A DNA stretch of 64,000 bases from positions 866 through 64,865 of the forward strand of contig JASLZL010000013.1 of assembly GCA_030754885.1 (NCBI GenBank), read 5' to 3'. Below, in pieces: positions 38,830-47,730 of the stretch. Under the pieces are notes generated by a model. It did not search any database. It was not told the DNA's origin and worked only from the letters and a program-made list of their open reading frames with translations. How positions within the stretch are numbered: the stretch's first letter is position 1; each line of letters opens with the position of its first letter. This DNA is from Rhodospirillales bacterium (lineage in GTDB: Bacteria > Pseudomonadota > Alphaproteobacteria > Rhodospirillales > JASLLZ01). The position numbers and the translations under genes were made by a program.

Positions 38830-39930
38830 TCAGCGGCGCGGCAACACAACCTCGGCGGAACCCTTGGTCGCCATGTCGCCTTCCTGATTGATGCCCGTGA
38901 TTTCGAGGCTGACGGTGCCCGACTCTTCGTCCTTCCCGGTCACCTTGCCCCGATAGACCACAACGTCGCCATAAATCCCGGCCTGGCGCACCTGCACGTC
39001 GAGCTTCTTGAGAAAGCCGTCGTCGCCCATCCAATTCGTGACCAGGGGGGCGACCCAGGCAAAACGCATGACGCCGTTATCGAACGGCCCCGGCATGCCG
39101 CGGCCAGCGGCGAGGTTGATGTCCTCGTGCTGTTGCGAGTACTTCACCGGGAAATTGAGGGCCTTGTTGACGGCAACCGCGTGGGGCGCCTTCTCAAGAT
39201 CGAGGAAGCCCCAGCGCCCGGCCTTATAGGATGGCCCGATGGCGGCGTTCCAGGCAACCATGTCGCCGATGGTCAGAGGCCCCCGTGTGATGGAGGGAAT
39301 CTCCTGATCGACCTCCACGTCCTCGAAAGTAAGGCCGTCGCCGCCGGTCCGTTTCTCGGCCTTGAAGGTCTTTTCCAATTCCGCCAGCTCGGCGTCCGAG
39401 CATTGATGGATGGGGCGTTCGAACATCACCGCTTCACCAACCTGGGTCGCCATGATCATGGTGGCGGTTGCCGTACCCACGACTTTGTCATCCTGGTCGA
39501 GATAGGAGACAGCGGAAATGACGAAGTTAAGCCGCCGGCCTTCCTTGTTGCGCTTCTCGAAGAACTTGTCTTGCTTGGAAACAGCCCGCAGACGGTCGCC
39601 GACGCGGATGGGCCGCACCCATTCATAGGCAACACCGCCGATGAGCGACGCCAGCGGCGCCTTCATGGGCGCCCCGTGCAACATCGGATAAAGGACCGAG
39701 ACCAGATAGGCGGGAGGCGCCAGCTGCGTTCCGTGGCTGGTCTTCGCGGCATAATCAGGGTCCATCCACAGCGGGTTGTCATCGTCGGTGCCATAGGCGA
39801 AATGGCGGATCGAATCGGCTGTCACGTCGTAATTCCACGTTTCGCGCTCGCGCACTTCCTTGCCGGTCAGCTTCTCGGTCTCGGCAACCCATTCGTCAAT
39901 GCGCGCGTCGATTTCTTCCATCGATGTCAT
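38830..39930 (-). CDS. double hot-dog (FAS1-like dehydratase N-domain + MaoC-like) enoyl-CoA hydratase/dehydratase
   Basis: 366 aa in two hot-dog halves (IRHFAYGTDDDNPLW...; ...QQHEDINLAAGRGMPGPFDNG...). Confidence 0.7.
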   Translation of the reverse strand: MTSMEEIDARIDEWVAETEKLTGKEVRERETWNYDVTADSIRHFAYGTDDDNPLWMDPDYAAKTSHGTQLAPPAYLVSVLYPMLHGAPMKAPLASLIGGVAYEWVRPIRVGDRLRAVSKQDKFFEKRNKEGRRLNFVISAVSYLDQDDKVVGTATATMIMATQVGEAVMFERPIHQCSDAELAELEKTFKAEKRTGGDGLTFEDVEVDQEIPSITRGPLTIGDMVAWNAAIGPSYKAGRWGFLDLEKAPHAVAVNKALNFPVKYSQQHEDINLAAGRGMPGPFDNGVMRFAWVAPLVTNWMGDDGFLKKLDVQVRQAGIYGDVVVYRGKVTGKDEESGTVSLEITGINQEGDMATKGSAEVVLPRR

Positions 39931-39952
39931 AGCCGTCTCCTGATCCTTGATA

Positions 39953-40954
39953 TTAGACTTCGAGCATGATTTTGCCCACGTGGGCGCTGCTTTCCATCAG
40001 CCGGTGGGCATCGGCCGCCTCAGCCAGGGGGAAGGTCTTGTGGACCAGGGGCTTGAGCCGGCCTTCTTCAAACAATGGCCAGACTTTTTCCTCCAAATCC
40101 CGGGCGGTTGCGGTCTTAAAGGCATCGGTCTGCGAGCGCAGGGTGGAGCCGGTCAAAGTAAGACGTTTCAGCATCACCGACATCATATTGAGTTCGGCCT
40201 TCGGCCCCTTGTTGAAGGCGAGATGGATCATGCGCCCGTCGAGGGCCAGGGCCTTGATATTGCGCTGCATGTAATCGCCGCCGACGATGTCCAAGATGAC
40301 ATTGGCGCCACGCGCCGGAGATTCGCCCTTGACCACCTCGACGAAGTCCTCGTTCTCGTAATTGATGACCCGATCGGCACCAAGCTCGGCACAGGCGGCA
40401 CAGCGCGCATCCGGACTGTCGGTGGCGAAGACTTTTGCCCCGAATGCCTTGGCCAACTGGATGGCGGTGGTGCCGATGCCGCCGGCGCCGCCGTGAACGA
40501 GAAGCACCTCGCCGTCTTTCAAACCGGCCCTCACGAAGACGTTGCTCCAGACCGTGAAGTAGGTCTCGGGCAGGCCCGCCGCCTCGACGGGGCTCAGGTT
40601 TCCAGGAATGGCAAGACAATGGTCGGCCAGCACGGTGCAATAGGCCGCGTAACCGCCGCCGTTGGTCAGCGCGCAGACGGCGTCGTCTTCCTTCCACCGC
40701 CCGGCCCCTTCGCCGACCGCGACGACAGTGCCGGCGATCTCCAGGCCAAGAAGATCCGAAGCCCCCTTGGGCGGCGGATAGAGGCCGCGGCGCTGCATCA
40801 GGTCGGGTCCGTTAACGCCCGCCGCCGCGACCTTGACCAGGACTTCGCCGGGCTGTGGCTCGGGTACGGGTCTCTCGGCGGATTTCAGAACTTCGGGTCC
40901 GCCGCCTTCGGCGATCTCGATAACCGGCATTGTGTCGGGCAATGCAGCACTCAT
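39953..40954 (-). CDS. NAD(P)H:quinone oxidoreductase (zinc-independent MDR family)
   Basis: GGPEVLK..., AAGVNGPDLMQRRGLYPPP, and the Rossmann motif VLLVHGGAGGIGTTAIQLAK. GAGAGGAA RBS before the ATG at 40954. Confidence 0.8.
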   Translation of the reverse strand: MSAALPDTMPVIEIAEGGGPEVLKSAERPVPEPQPGEVLVKVAAAGVNGPDLMQRRGLYPPPKGASDLLGLEIAGTVVAVGEGAGRWKEDDAVCALTNGGGYAAYCTVLADHCLAIPGNLSPVEAAGLPETYFTVWSNVFVRAGLKDGEVLLVHGGAGGIGTTAIQLAKAFGAKVFATDSPDARCAACAELGADRVINYENEDFVEVVKGESPARGANVILDIVGGDYMQRNIKALALDGRMIHLAFNKGPKAELNMMSVMLKRLTLTGSTLRSQTDAFKTATARDLEEKVWPLFEEGRLKPLVHKTFPLAEAADAHRLMESSAHVGKIMLEV

Positions 40955-41161
40955 GGCTGATCGGTTCCTCTCAATGAAGCTTTGCGGGCGGTCTCCAAAC
41001 CTGCGCTGGTAGTACAACATGGCCTTTTGCACTGTCAAACGTCGGTCCATGGTCAACGACGTTGCCCGCCGGGTCTAATTCGGCGTATGTATCAGGCTCG
41101 ATCTGAAGAGGGACGGAGCCCAACAACGGCCACGGCTGATAAAGGGCGCCGGCAAACGTCG

Positions 41162-41833
41162 ATGAAAAACAAACGGGTCAACACCCCTGCCGAAGCCGTC
41201 GCCGGAATCGTCGATGGCGCGACGGTGATGGTCGCAGGTTTTGGGCGAAGCGGTGTTCCCGAAGGCCTTACCGACGCTATCTGCGAGCTTGGCGTTAAGG
41301 GACTAACCGTTATCAGCAACAACTCGGGCACGGCCAAGACCGGCGTCGCGCGCTTACTCTTGGAGGGCTGCGTCGAAAAGATTGTCTGCAGCTTTCCCCG
41401 GGCCAGTGAATCGGGCGTTTTCAAAGAGATGTTCGACGCTGGAAAAGTCGAACTTGAACTGGTGCCCCAAGGTATCCTGGCCGAAAGAATCCGTGCCGGC
41501 GGGTCCGGCCTCGCGGGCTTTCTCACTCTCACCGGCGTCGGCACCGAACTGGCCGAGGGCAAGCAGACGATGGAGGTAGACGGCACCGAATATCTCCTTG
41601 AGATGGGGCTGCGCGCGGACGTCGCCCTCATCAAGGCGCGGCAGGTGGATGGCCGCGGCAACCTCACCTATCGAAAGGCGGCACGCAACTTCAATCCCAT
41701 CATGGCGACGGCGGCCGAGATGGTCATCGTCCAGGCTCATGAGGAAGTTCCCATCGGTGCCCTGGATGGCGAACACGTCGTCACCCCGGGCATTTACGTC
41801 GATCGCTATTGCGTCTTTCAACAAGAACCCTAG
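41162..41833 (+). CDS. 3-oxoacid CoA-transferase family, subunit A
   Basis: AEAVAGIVDGATVMVAGFG, ISNN, and ELELVPQGILAERIRAGG. Confidence 0.85.
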   Translation: MKNKRVNTPAEAVAGIVDGATVMVAGFGRSGVPEGLTDAICELGVKGLTVISNNSGTAKTGVARLLLEGCVEKIVCSFPRASESGVFKEMFDAGKVELELVPQGILAERIRAGGSGLAGFLTLTGVGTELAEGKQTMEVDGTEYLLEMGLRADVALIKARQVDGRGNLTYRKAARNFNPIMATAAEMVIVQAHEEVPIGALDGEHVVTPGIYVDRYCVFQQEP

Positions 41834-41841
41834 TGGATACC

Positions 41842-42525
41842 ATGGACACCCAAACCAAGAATGAGAGGCTCCTGACCCGTGACCAGATGGCCAAGCGGGT
41901 TGCCGTCGAACTGACCGACGGCTGGCTGGTCAACATCGGCATTGGCATGCCGACCCTGGTCTTGCCCCACGTGCCCAAGGACCGCGACGTGATCTTTCAC
42001 AGCGAGAACGGCATCGTCGGCATGGGGCCGGCACCGGACGATCTGGCCGACAACGACCCCGACCTGCTGACGGCGGGCAAGCAGCCGGCCAGCCTGATTC
42101 CCGGTGGGGCGTTCGTCCATCACGCCGATTCCTTCGCCATCGTGCGCGGCGGCCGCCTGGACGCGGCGGTGCTGGGCGCCTTTCAAGTGGCGGAGAACGG
42201 CGATCTCGCCAACTGGAAGTTGCTCGGCGCCAAGGGCGGAAGCGTCGGCGGGGCGATGGACATCGCGGTCGGCGCCAAGCAGGTCCTGGTCATGATGACC
42301 CATGTGACCAAGGAGGGCGATCCGAAGGTGGTGAAGGCGCTCAGCTATCCCGTCACGGCACGCCACTCGGTCACCAAGATATTCACCGACATGGCCGTCA
42401 TCGCCGTCACGGCGGACGGCCTGGTGCTTGACGAACTGGCGCCCGGCATCACCGCCGACGAGGTCCAGGCGGCGACGGAACCCAAATTACGGCTCAGCGA
42501 TTCCCTCAAGGAAATCGCGGTTTAG
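41842..42525 (+). CDS. 3-oxoacid CoA-transferase family, subunit B
   Basis: VNIGIGMPTLV and the SENG active-site Glu motif (FHSENGIVGMG), plus GAMDIAVGAK. Confidence 0.85.
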   Translation: MDTQTKNERLLTRDQMAKRVAVELTDGWLVNIGIGMPTLVLPHVPKDRDVIFHSENGIVGMGPAPDDLADNDPDLLTAGKQPASLIPGGAFVHHADSFAIVRGGRLDAAVLGAFQVAENGDLANWKLLGAKGGSVGGAMDIAVGAKQVLVMMTHVTKEGDPKVVKALSYPVTARHSVTKIFTDMAVIAVTADGLVLDELAPGITADEVQAATEPKLRLSDSLKEIAV

Positions 42526-42592
42526 GAATGCCAGAGCAAATCCCGAGCAAAGGGATTCGTTTGCGACGACGAATTTGCGTAAAATCAATATT

Positions 42593-42636
42593 TTAGAGCA
42601 TTCTCCGTGGGCATGAGCGATCGGAAAATGCTCTAA
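42593..42636. repeat. 10-bp perfect inverted repeat abutting the Shine-Dalgarno of the downstream enolase-family gene
   Basis: TTAGAGCATT-N24-AATGCTCTAA. The right arm is immediately followed by GGAGG and the ATG at 42646. Confidence 0.4.
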
Positions 42637-42645
42637 GGAGGGTTC

Positions 42646-43791
42646 ATGATCGTCACCGGCCTTGAGATCTTTATCGTCAATGTTCCCTTCACCGACCCAA
42701 TGGCGGGTAGCGGGCGCGGCGGCACCACCCAGGTGATCGTCAAGCTGAGTTGCGACAACGGGCTCGTGGGGTGGGGAGAGAGCGCCGCCCAACTTTCCAA
42801 CGCGACGGCCATCGAAGGCATGATCCGCCACGCGGCGCCGTTGGTCGTCGGCCGCGATCCTTGGGACAAGGAGGCGATCGCCGCCAGTTTCTTCCGCCGT
42901 GGCACCGCGCACCGCTGGACCCAGCACGCCAACTTCGCCTACATCGGCATCGACCACGCTTTGTGGGACCTGTGCGGCAAGGACTGCGGCAAACCGGTCT
43001 ATCAGCTTCTCGGCGGAGCACTCCGTGACGAGGTCGATCACTGTTACTTGCTAAACCCCGGCACGCCAAAGTCCATTGAGAGCCAGGCAAAAAAGGCCCT
43101 TGGGCGCGGCTACGGTGTCTTCTACCTGCCCTGCGGCCGCGACACGGACAACGAACGGCGCATGCTGGAGGCCCTGCGCTCCACCCTCGGCCCCGACGGG
43201 CGCATCCGCATCGACGTCAACGAACGCTGGACCATCCACCAGGCAATCCGGCTTTTGGTCGAATGGGACCGGGAATACACCATAGAATTTTGCGAGGCGC
43301 CGGTCCCCCACGACCGGCCCGAGGGCACGGCTGAGGTACGCCGACGCGTGCCCTGCGCCATCGGCGTCAACGAATGCCTGGACAGTGAGACCCAGGTGCT
43401 GGAACTGGCGCGCGCCCGCTGCGCCGACGTGTATTGCTTTGCCCCCTACTGGGTCGGCACCATGCGACGCTTCGTGACCCTAAGCCATCTGATCGCCCTG
43501 GAAGGGATGCACGTTGCCAAGCACACGTCGGGTGAACTGGGCTTGAGCGCCGCGGCGGGACAGCATGCGGCGCTTTGCGCGCCCGGACTCATCGACGGCA
43601 ACCAACAGCAGGCGGTGGACCTTGCCGACGACATCCTGACCGAACCCGTTCCCATCGCCTCAGGACCCAAGTGGGGGCGCATCGAGGGACCCGGTCTCGG
43701 CGTCGAAGTGGACGAAGAAAAAGTGGCCCGCTTCCACGAGGCATTCCAGCGCGACGGCCAATACCTGATGCCCGAGTTTCGCGGGCGCTGA
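42646..43791 (+). CDS. enolase-superfamily enzyme (mandelate racemase/muconate lactonizing family)
   Basis: LVGWGESA..., IGIDHALWDLCGKDCGKPVYQLLGG, metal-ligand contexts RIDVNERW and FCEAP, and C-terminal GPGLGVEVDEEKV. Confidence 0.8.
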   Translation: MIVTGLEIFIVNVPFTDPMAGSGRGGTTQVIVKLSCDNGLVGWGESAAQLSNATAIEGMIRHAAPLVVGRDPWDKEAIAASFFRRGTAHRWTQHANFAYIGIDHALWDLCGKDCGKPVYQLLGGALRDEVDHCYLLNPGTPKSIESQAKKALGRGYGVFYLPCGRDTDNERRMLEALRSTLGPDGRIRIDVNERWTIHQAIRLLVEWDREYTIEFCEAPVPHDRPEGTAEVRRRVPCAIGVNECLDSETQVLELARARCADVYCFAPYWVGTMRRFVTLSHLIALEGMHVAKHTSGELGLSAAAGQHAALCAPGLIDGNQQQAVDLADDILTEPVPIASGPKWGRIEGPGLGVEVDEEKVARFHEAFQRDGQYLMPEFRGR

Positions 43792-43967
43792 TGGTCCTTG
43801 GATTTAGGGCATGAACACACAAAACTGTGGCGCAATTTTGGTGTCCGCTTCCGTGCCATCCAATTGCGCTGCACCTCTGAGACCGGACGTAATCGGGACC
43901 ACTGTTGGACTTCCGGATATGACCCTTAGCGGACATTCGCCGGCCGAATGATTTTGCTCGCTGGCTT

Positions 43968-44027
43968 CCCACCGCCGCCGTCGCCGATAAGACTAAACGG
44001 CGCCCAGAAGATGGGGTGGGCGTAATC
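43968..44027 (-). pseudogene. isolated CHAT-domain C-terminal motif (gene remnant)
   Basis: DYAHPIFWAPFSLIGDGGGG matches the conserved extreme C terminus of CHAT-domain proteins (HPyyWAxFxLxGD). The rest of the ORF 43926..44237 shows nothing CHAT-like. Confidence 0.3.
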
Positions 44028-44270
44028 CGGCGTGCCAGGTGTCTTCTCGGGCCACGGGGACCGACAAGAGATATCGAATTTCACGCCAACGCGCCCTATC
44101 CGTTCCGCAATCCCCTGGAATGTTCGCTTCCAACCCGGCGCTCTCGGCCATGGAACACTCGATCTACGACGTCTGGTTGTTGGATTGCCGGGTTCTTGAA
44201 CCGGACCTTCGGACAAAATCGGCGCACTTGCCTTCAATTTTCGGAGGACGGCGGAATCCCTGACTGTGCC

Positions 44271-45242
44271 TCACCCGGTCACGCCTTTGAAATCGACGTA
44301 CAAACTATCGATCGTATACTTGGCCGCGACATGAACCTTGTCGCCCGTCCCGATCTCGACCGGTTCCGCGAAAGGGAAAAGCACAATATTCCAATGGGGC
44401 ACATAGTGCTGGTCCTGCCGGCGGGGGTGGTTTTCGAAGACGGTCTCGCCGTCCAGGGAGAACCGAATCCACTGGATCAAGCCGAGGCAGGTGCCGTTGT
44501 CGATTGCCTCAAATTCCAATTCCCTGGAATGGAATGATTTGATGCCCGACGTGAAATCGAATTCGAAGAGTTCCCGGTCGTCCGACAGAATTTCAAAATC
44601 CAATGGTTCTGGAGGCAGACTGTATTTATGGGGCGAGAAGGCATTGAAGGGACCAAGATTGAACCCGGCTACAGTGTCAACGCAAACCCACTCCGCCAAG
44701 TCCCGGGGGCCAACAAGGCACGCCACGATGGACGCCGTCCGCGGGATGATGGGGGCGCCCGGCTTCAAAAGTTCCCGGCGCGCGTGTTCGAGGGAGGGAA
44801 TCACTCCTTCTCCGACGACGCTGTTGCTTAGAATCTCGCATACCAACAGGTCGGCGCGATCCTTGATGTCGCGGCCAACGACGAGATCGACCGAATTCCT
44901 CGCAAGCACCTGGATGCGATCGCCATAGCCGTTAAGGGCGATAATCTCCCTGGCCTTCTCGGCGATGAGACCAACACTTTCGCAAGTCGTGACTCGTCCG
45001 GCGCCAGCCCGCGCGGCCATCATGGCCAGCAAACCGGACCCGGTTCCGATATCCAGGACATGCATGCCGGGCTTCACCATCTTCGCGATCACACGCTCGA
45101 AGGCGGCGTTGCGGGTGGCGTCGTTCATCATGGAGAAATGCCAGTGACGAACGATTTTCGACATGATGACACCACGACTGTGGCGATACCGGATCTCGTC
45201 CGAGGCCAATTCCATGGCCTTGTCTAGGTAAGACAACGCCAC
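44271..45242 (-). CDS. protein arginine N-methyltransferase (PRMT)-like class I SAM-dependent methyltransferase (apparent N-terminal truncation)
   Basis: HWHFSMMNDATRNAAFERVI, motif I VLDIGTGSGLLAMMAARAGA, and post-I RVTTCE. There is a double-E-loop-like CEILSNSVVGE (E-x8-E), a beta-barrel part, and a THW-loop-like PHWNIVLFPF. The frame stays open and TPR-like upstream of the GTG at 45242. Confidence 0.7.
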   Translation of the reverse strand: MALSYLDKAMELASDEIRYRHSRGVIMSKIVRHWHFSMMNDATRNAAFERVIAKMVKPGMHVLDIGTGSGLLAMMAARAGAGRVTTCESVGLIAEKAREIIALNGYGDRIQVLARNSVDLVVGRDIKDRADLLVCEILSNSVVGEGVIPSLEHARRELLKPGAPIIPRTASIVACLVGPRDLAEWVCVDTVAGFNLGPFNAFSPHKYSLPPEPLDFEILSDDRELFEFDFTSGIKSFHSRELEFEAIDNGTCLGLIQWIRFSLDGETVFENHPRRQDQHYVPHWNIVLFPFAEPVEIGTGDKVHVAAKYTIDSLYVDFKGVTG

Positions 45243-45307
45243 TTCTTGTTGTCCCTTGAGGGAAAGGAGCTGCCCCAGGACATTGTGGGCCTCTGCGAGA
45301 TCGGCCT

Positions 45308-45940
45308 TCAGATCGATGGCCCGTCGGAGGGCCGAATTCCAATGGCATGGCGGAATACCGCTACCGCTTCTCCGGTCTGCCCCAAGGCCATCAGGCAGGT
45401 GCCCAGACCGTCGTGGATCTCCGCGATGTCGGGGTTGATTTCAAGGGCGCGGCGATAGGCTGGGAGAGCGTCCAGGGGCCTACCCAGGACCAGCAGAGTG
45501 TCGCCCAGGTTGTAGAACGCCAGGGGATGGTCGGGCTCGTTATCGATCGCCCGCCGATAGGCGAGGAGAGCTTCGTCAATATCCCCAAGCTCCGTGAGCG
45601 CGTTGCCCAGGTTGTTGGGAGCCTTGGCGTGGTCCGGCATAATCTCAAGGGTGCGCCGGTAAGCGGCGACCGCTTCCTCCGTTTTCCCCATGCCTCCAAG
45701 GACGACACCGAGGTTGTAATGGATTTCACCGTCCTCGGGTCGCGCCTCGGAGGCCTTGCGGAGTAGTCGGCGGGCGATCTTGTGGTTTCCTTTTCCGAAC
45801 GCCGCCACACCCAGATAGTGCAGGGCGTCCGGGTGTGCCGGGTGCTTGCGCAGGATCGCCTTGAATAGGCGCTTGGCCTCGGCCGACCGACCGGCCTGAA
45901 GGTGTCTCAGGGCTAATTCTAAGGTATCTTGGCGGGGCAT
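45308..45940 (-). CDS. tetratricopeptide-repeat protein (six 34-aa TPRs)
   Basis: Regular repeats such as APNNLGNALTELGDIDEALLAYRRAIDNEPDHPL and AFYNLGDTLLVLGRPLDALPAYRRALEINPDIAE. The start is set at MPRQDTLE (45940). It ends in a different frame from the downstream PRMT-like ORF. Confidence 0.8.
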   Translation of the reverse strand: MPRQDTLELALRHLQAGRSAEAKRLFKAILRKHPAHPDALHYLGVAAFGKGNHKIARRLLRKASEARPEDGEIHYNLGVVLGGMGKTEEAVAAYRRTLEIMPDHAKAPNNLGNALTELGDIDEALLAYRRAIDNEPDHPLAFYNLGDTLLVLGRPLDALPAYRRALEINPDIAEIHDGLGTCLMALGQTGEAVAVFRHAIGIRPSDGPSI

Positions 45941-46085
45941 GAATTTCTCATTCGCGGGAGCCAAACGGGGCCACTCAACCTTCTCGCCATGATGCGGGAC
46001 AGTTCCCCGACCAGGTCCGGGGAATCGGGTTCGAAGACCGCCTCGGTGGACAGGGTCTCGTCGAGGCGCCTGCGTTACTTGCGGC

Positions 46086-46325
46086 GGGAATCTCCTCAAG
46101 CCCGAAGTGCCTCAGGTGATCGGTGACGAACTGGACATCCAGGGGAACCAAGCCGTCCAGGCGCAGCCGGACGGCCAGATGGACCAGGAAGCCCCGTATC
46201 TCGGGATCGACGCAGAACACGCTGAGGTCGTGGCGGTCCTCGACTATGGAGAACATACCCATAGCGTAGGCGCGCAGAAGCATCGTCAGTGTAAGGCGGC
46301 GCCGTCTCTCCCTGGGTTTCTCCAT
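46086..46325 (-). pseudogene. aat: leucyl/phenylalanyl-tRNA--protein transferase (aat) remnant with internal deletion
   Basis: LLRAYAMGMFSIVEDRHDLSVFCVDPEIRGFL matches the Aat N-terminal LLxAYxxGiFPM...W..PexRGiL block. It is fused directly to VHLAVRLRLDGLVPLDVQFVTDHLRHFGLEEIP, which matches the Aat C-terminal vhLvarLr..Gf.LlDtQf.T.HL..fGa.eIp block. The roughly 100-residue catalytic core between them is missing, and conserved FPM and W positions are altered. Confidence 0.5.
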
Positions 46326-46515
46326 GGCCCGAAGATGGCACAGGAGTGCGTCGAACCCAAGGATTATGGCGAGGCGGACAGTCGGGGATGGCCTTAGCCG
46401 CGGGATTTGCGTTACGACCGCTATTGGCTATTTTCGCCCCAATTGCAGTCAACAAATTCATGGCCGCAATGACGCCGCAACGGACATCACCAGCATTGCG
46501 TTATGAGTTCGTGAC

Positions 46516-47727
46516 CTAGACTTTCTCCAAGACGGCGGCGATCCCCTGGCCCACGCCAACGCAGAGCGTCACCAGGGCATAGCGGCCGTCCGAGCGGTGC
46601 AGCTGGTTGAGCGCCGTCAGGGTCAGGCGGGCGCCCGAGGCACCCAGGGGATGGCCAATGGCGATGGCGCCGCCGTTGGGGTTGAGGCGGCTGTCGTCGG
46701 CTTCCAGGTCCATGAGTTTAAGACAGCCCAGGACCTGGGTGGCGAAGGCCTCGTTGATCTCAATAACATCCATGTCGGCCAGCGTTAGGCCAGCCCTCTC
46801 AAGGACCTTTTTGGTGGCGGGAACGGGTCCCAGCCCCATGACCCGGGGTTCGACCCCGGCCACCGCCCCGGCGACGACGCGGGCCAGGGGCTTGATACCG
46901 CCGGCCCTGTCGCCGGCCTCTTTGGTGCCGACCATGAGCGCGCAGGCGCCGTCGTTGATCCCCGACGCATTGCCGGCGGTAACGACGCCGTCGTCGTAGA
47001 TTGGTTTGAGCTTGGCCAGCCCCTCGGGTGAGCTGTCGGGCCTGGGATGTTCGTCTTCTTCAATCGTTCGCGTCTCGCCCCGCTTGGCACCCGGCACGGC
47101 CACCGGGAACAGTTCGTCGGCATAAAATCCGTCGGCCTTGGCGGCGGCGTATTTTATTTGCGATGCAAGGGCGAAGGCATCGCTCTCGTCGCGCCCTATG
47201 CCGTGCTCCCGGCCCACGATCTCGGCCGTTTCGGGCATTTCGTGATCGCCGAACTGTTTGACGATCTTGCGGTTTGGAAAACGGCTGCCGCGGCTTGAAT
47301 CGTGGACCTTGACCCGGGGGCTGAAGGCCTTTTCCGCCTTGGCCATGACGAAGGGGCCCCGGCTCATGGACTCGACGCCGCCGGCAACGAACACCTCCCC
47401 CATACCCAGTTCGGCCGAACGCGCCGCGTCAAGGACGGCATTGAGGCCGCTGCCGCACTGGCGATGCACCGTTACCCCGGCAACCTCGACGGGCAGTCCG
47501 GCAAGAAGCGCCGCCCGGCGCGCCACGTTGCGCGAATCCTCGCCGGCTTGATTGCAGCACCCGATGATCACGTCCTCAACGTCCGCGCCCGGAAAGGGAA
47601 TGCGCTCAAGCAGCGTGGCGATGGTATCGCCCATCAGGTCGTCGGGCCTGACCCCGGCCAGGCATCCGCTATGGCGTCCGATGGGTGTGCGAATGCCGCC
47701 ATAGAGGTATGCGTTGTCCATGGTCAT
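46516..47727 (-). CDS. acetyl-CoA C-acyltransferase (thiolase)
   Basis: 403 aa. Active-site contexts are VHRQCGSGLNAV (Cys nucleophile), NEAFA, GHPLGASG and TLCVGVGQG. Confidence 0.9.
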   Translation of the reverse strand: MTMDNAYLYGGIRTPIGRHSGCLAGVRPDDLMGDTIATLLERIPFPGADVEDVIIGCCNQAGEDSRNVARRAALLAGLPVEVAGVTVHRQCGSGLNAVLDAARSAELGMGEVFVAGGVESMSRGPFVMAKAEKAFSPRVKVHDSSRGSRFPNRKIVKQFGDHEMPETAEIVGREHGIGRDESDAFALASQIKYAAAKADGFYADELFPVAVPGAKRGETRTIEEDEHPRPDSSPEGLAKLKPIYDDGVVTAGNASGINDGACALMVGTKEAGDRAGGIKPLARVVAGAVAGVEPRVMGLGPVPATKKVLERAGLTLADMDVIEINEAFATQVLGCLKLMDLEADDSRLNPNGGAIAIGHPLGASGARLTLTALNQLHRSDGRYALVTLCVGVGQGIAAVLEKV

Positions 47728-47730
47728 TCC

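Noticed and set aside
45290-45350. Programmed ribosomal frameshift joining the TPR and PRMT-like frames
   Set aside because: I found no slippery heptamer or obvious downstream stimulatory structure in the overlap. An indel (a real mutation or a sequencing error) is the simpler explanation. It is kept only as an alternative within the TPR-PRMT finding.
46330-46385. tRNA-like fragment (TGGCACAGGAGTGCGTCGAACCC) that could mark an integration site
   Set aside because: The putative T-stem halves (GAGTG / CCCAA) do not pair, and no anticodon arm or D arm can be drawn. The resemblance is limited to TCGAACC.
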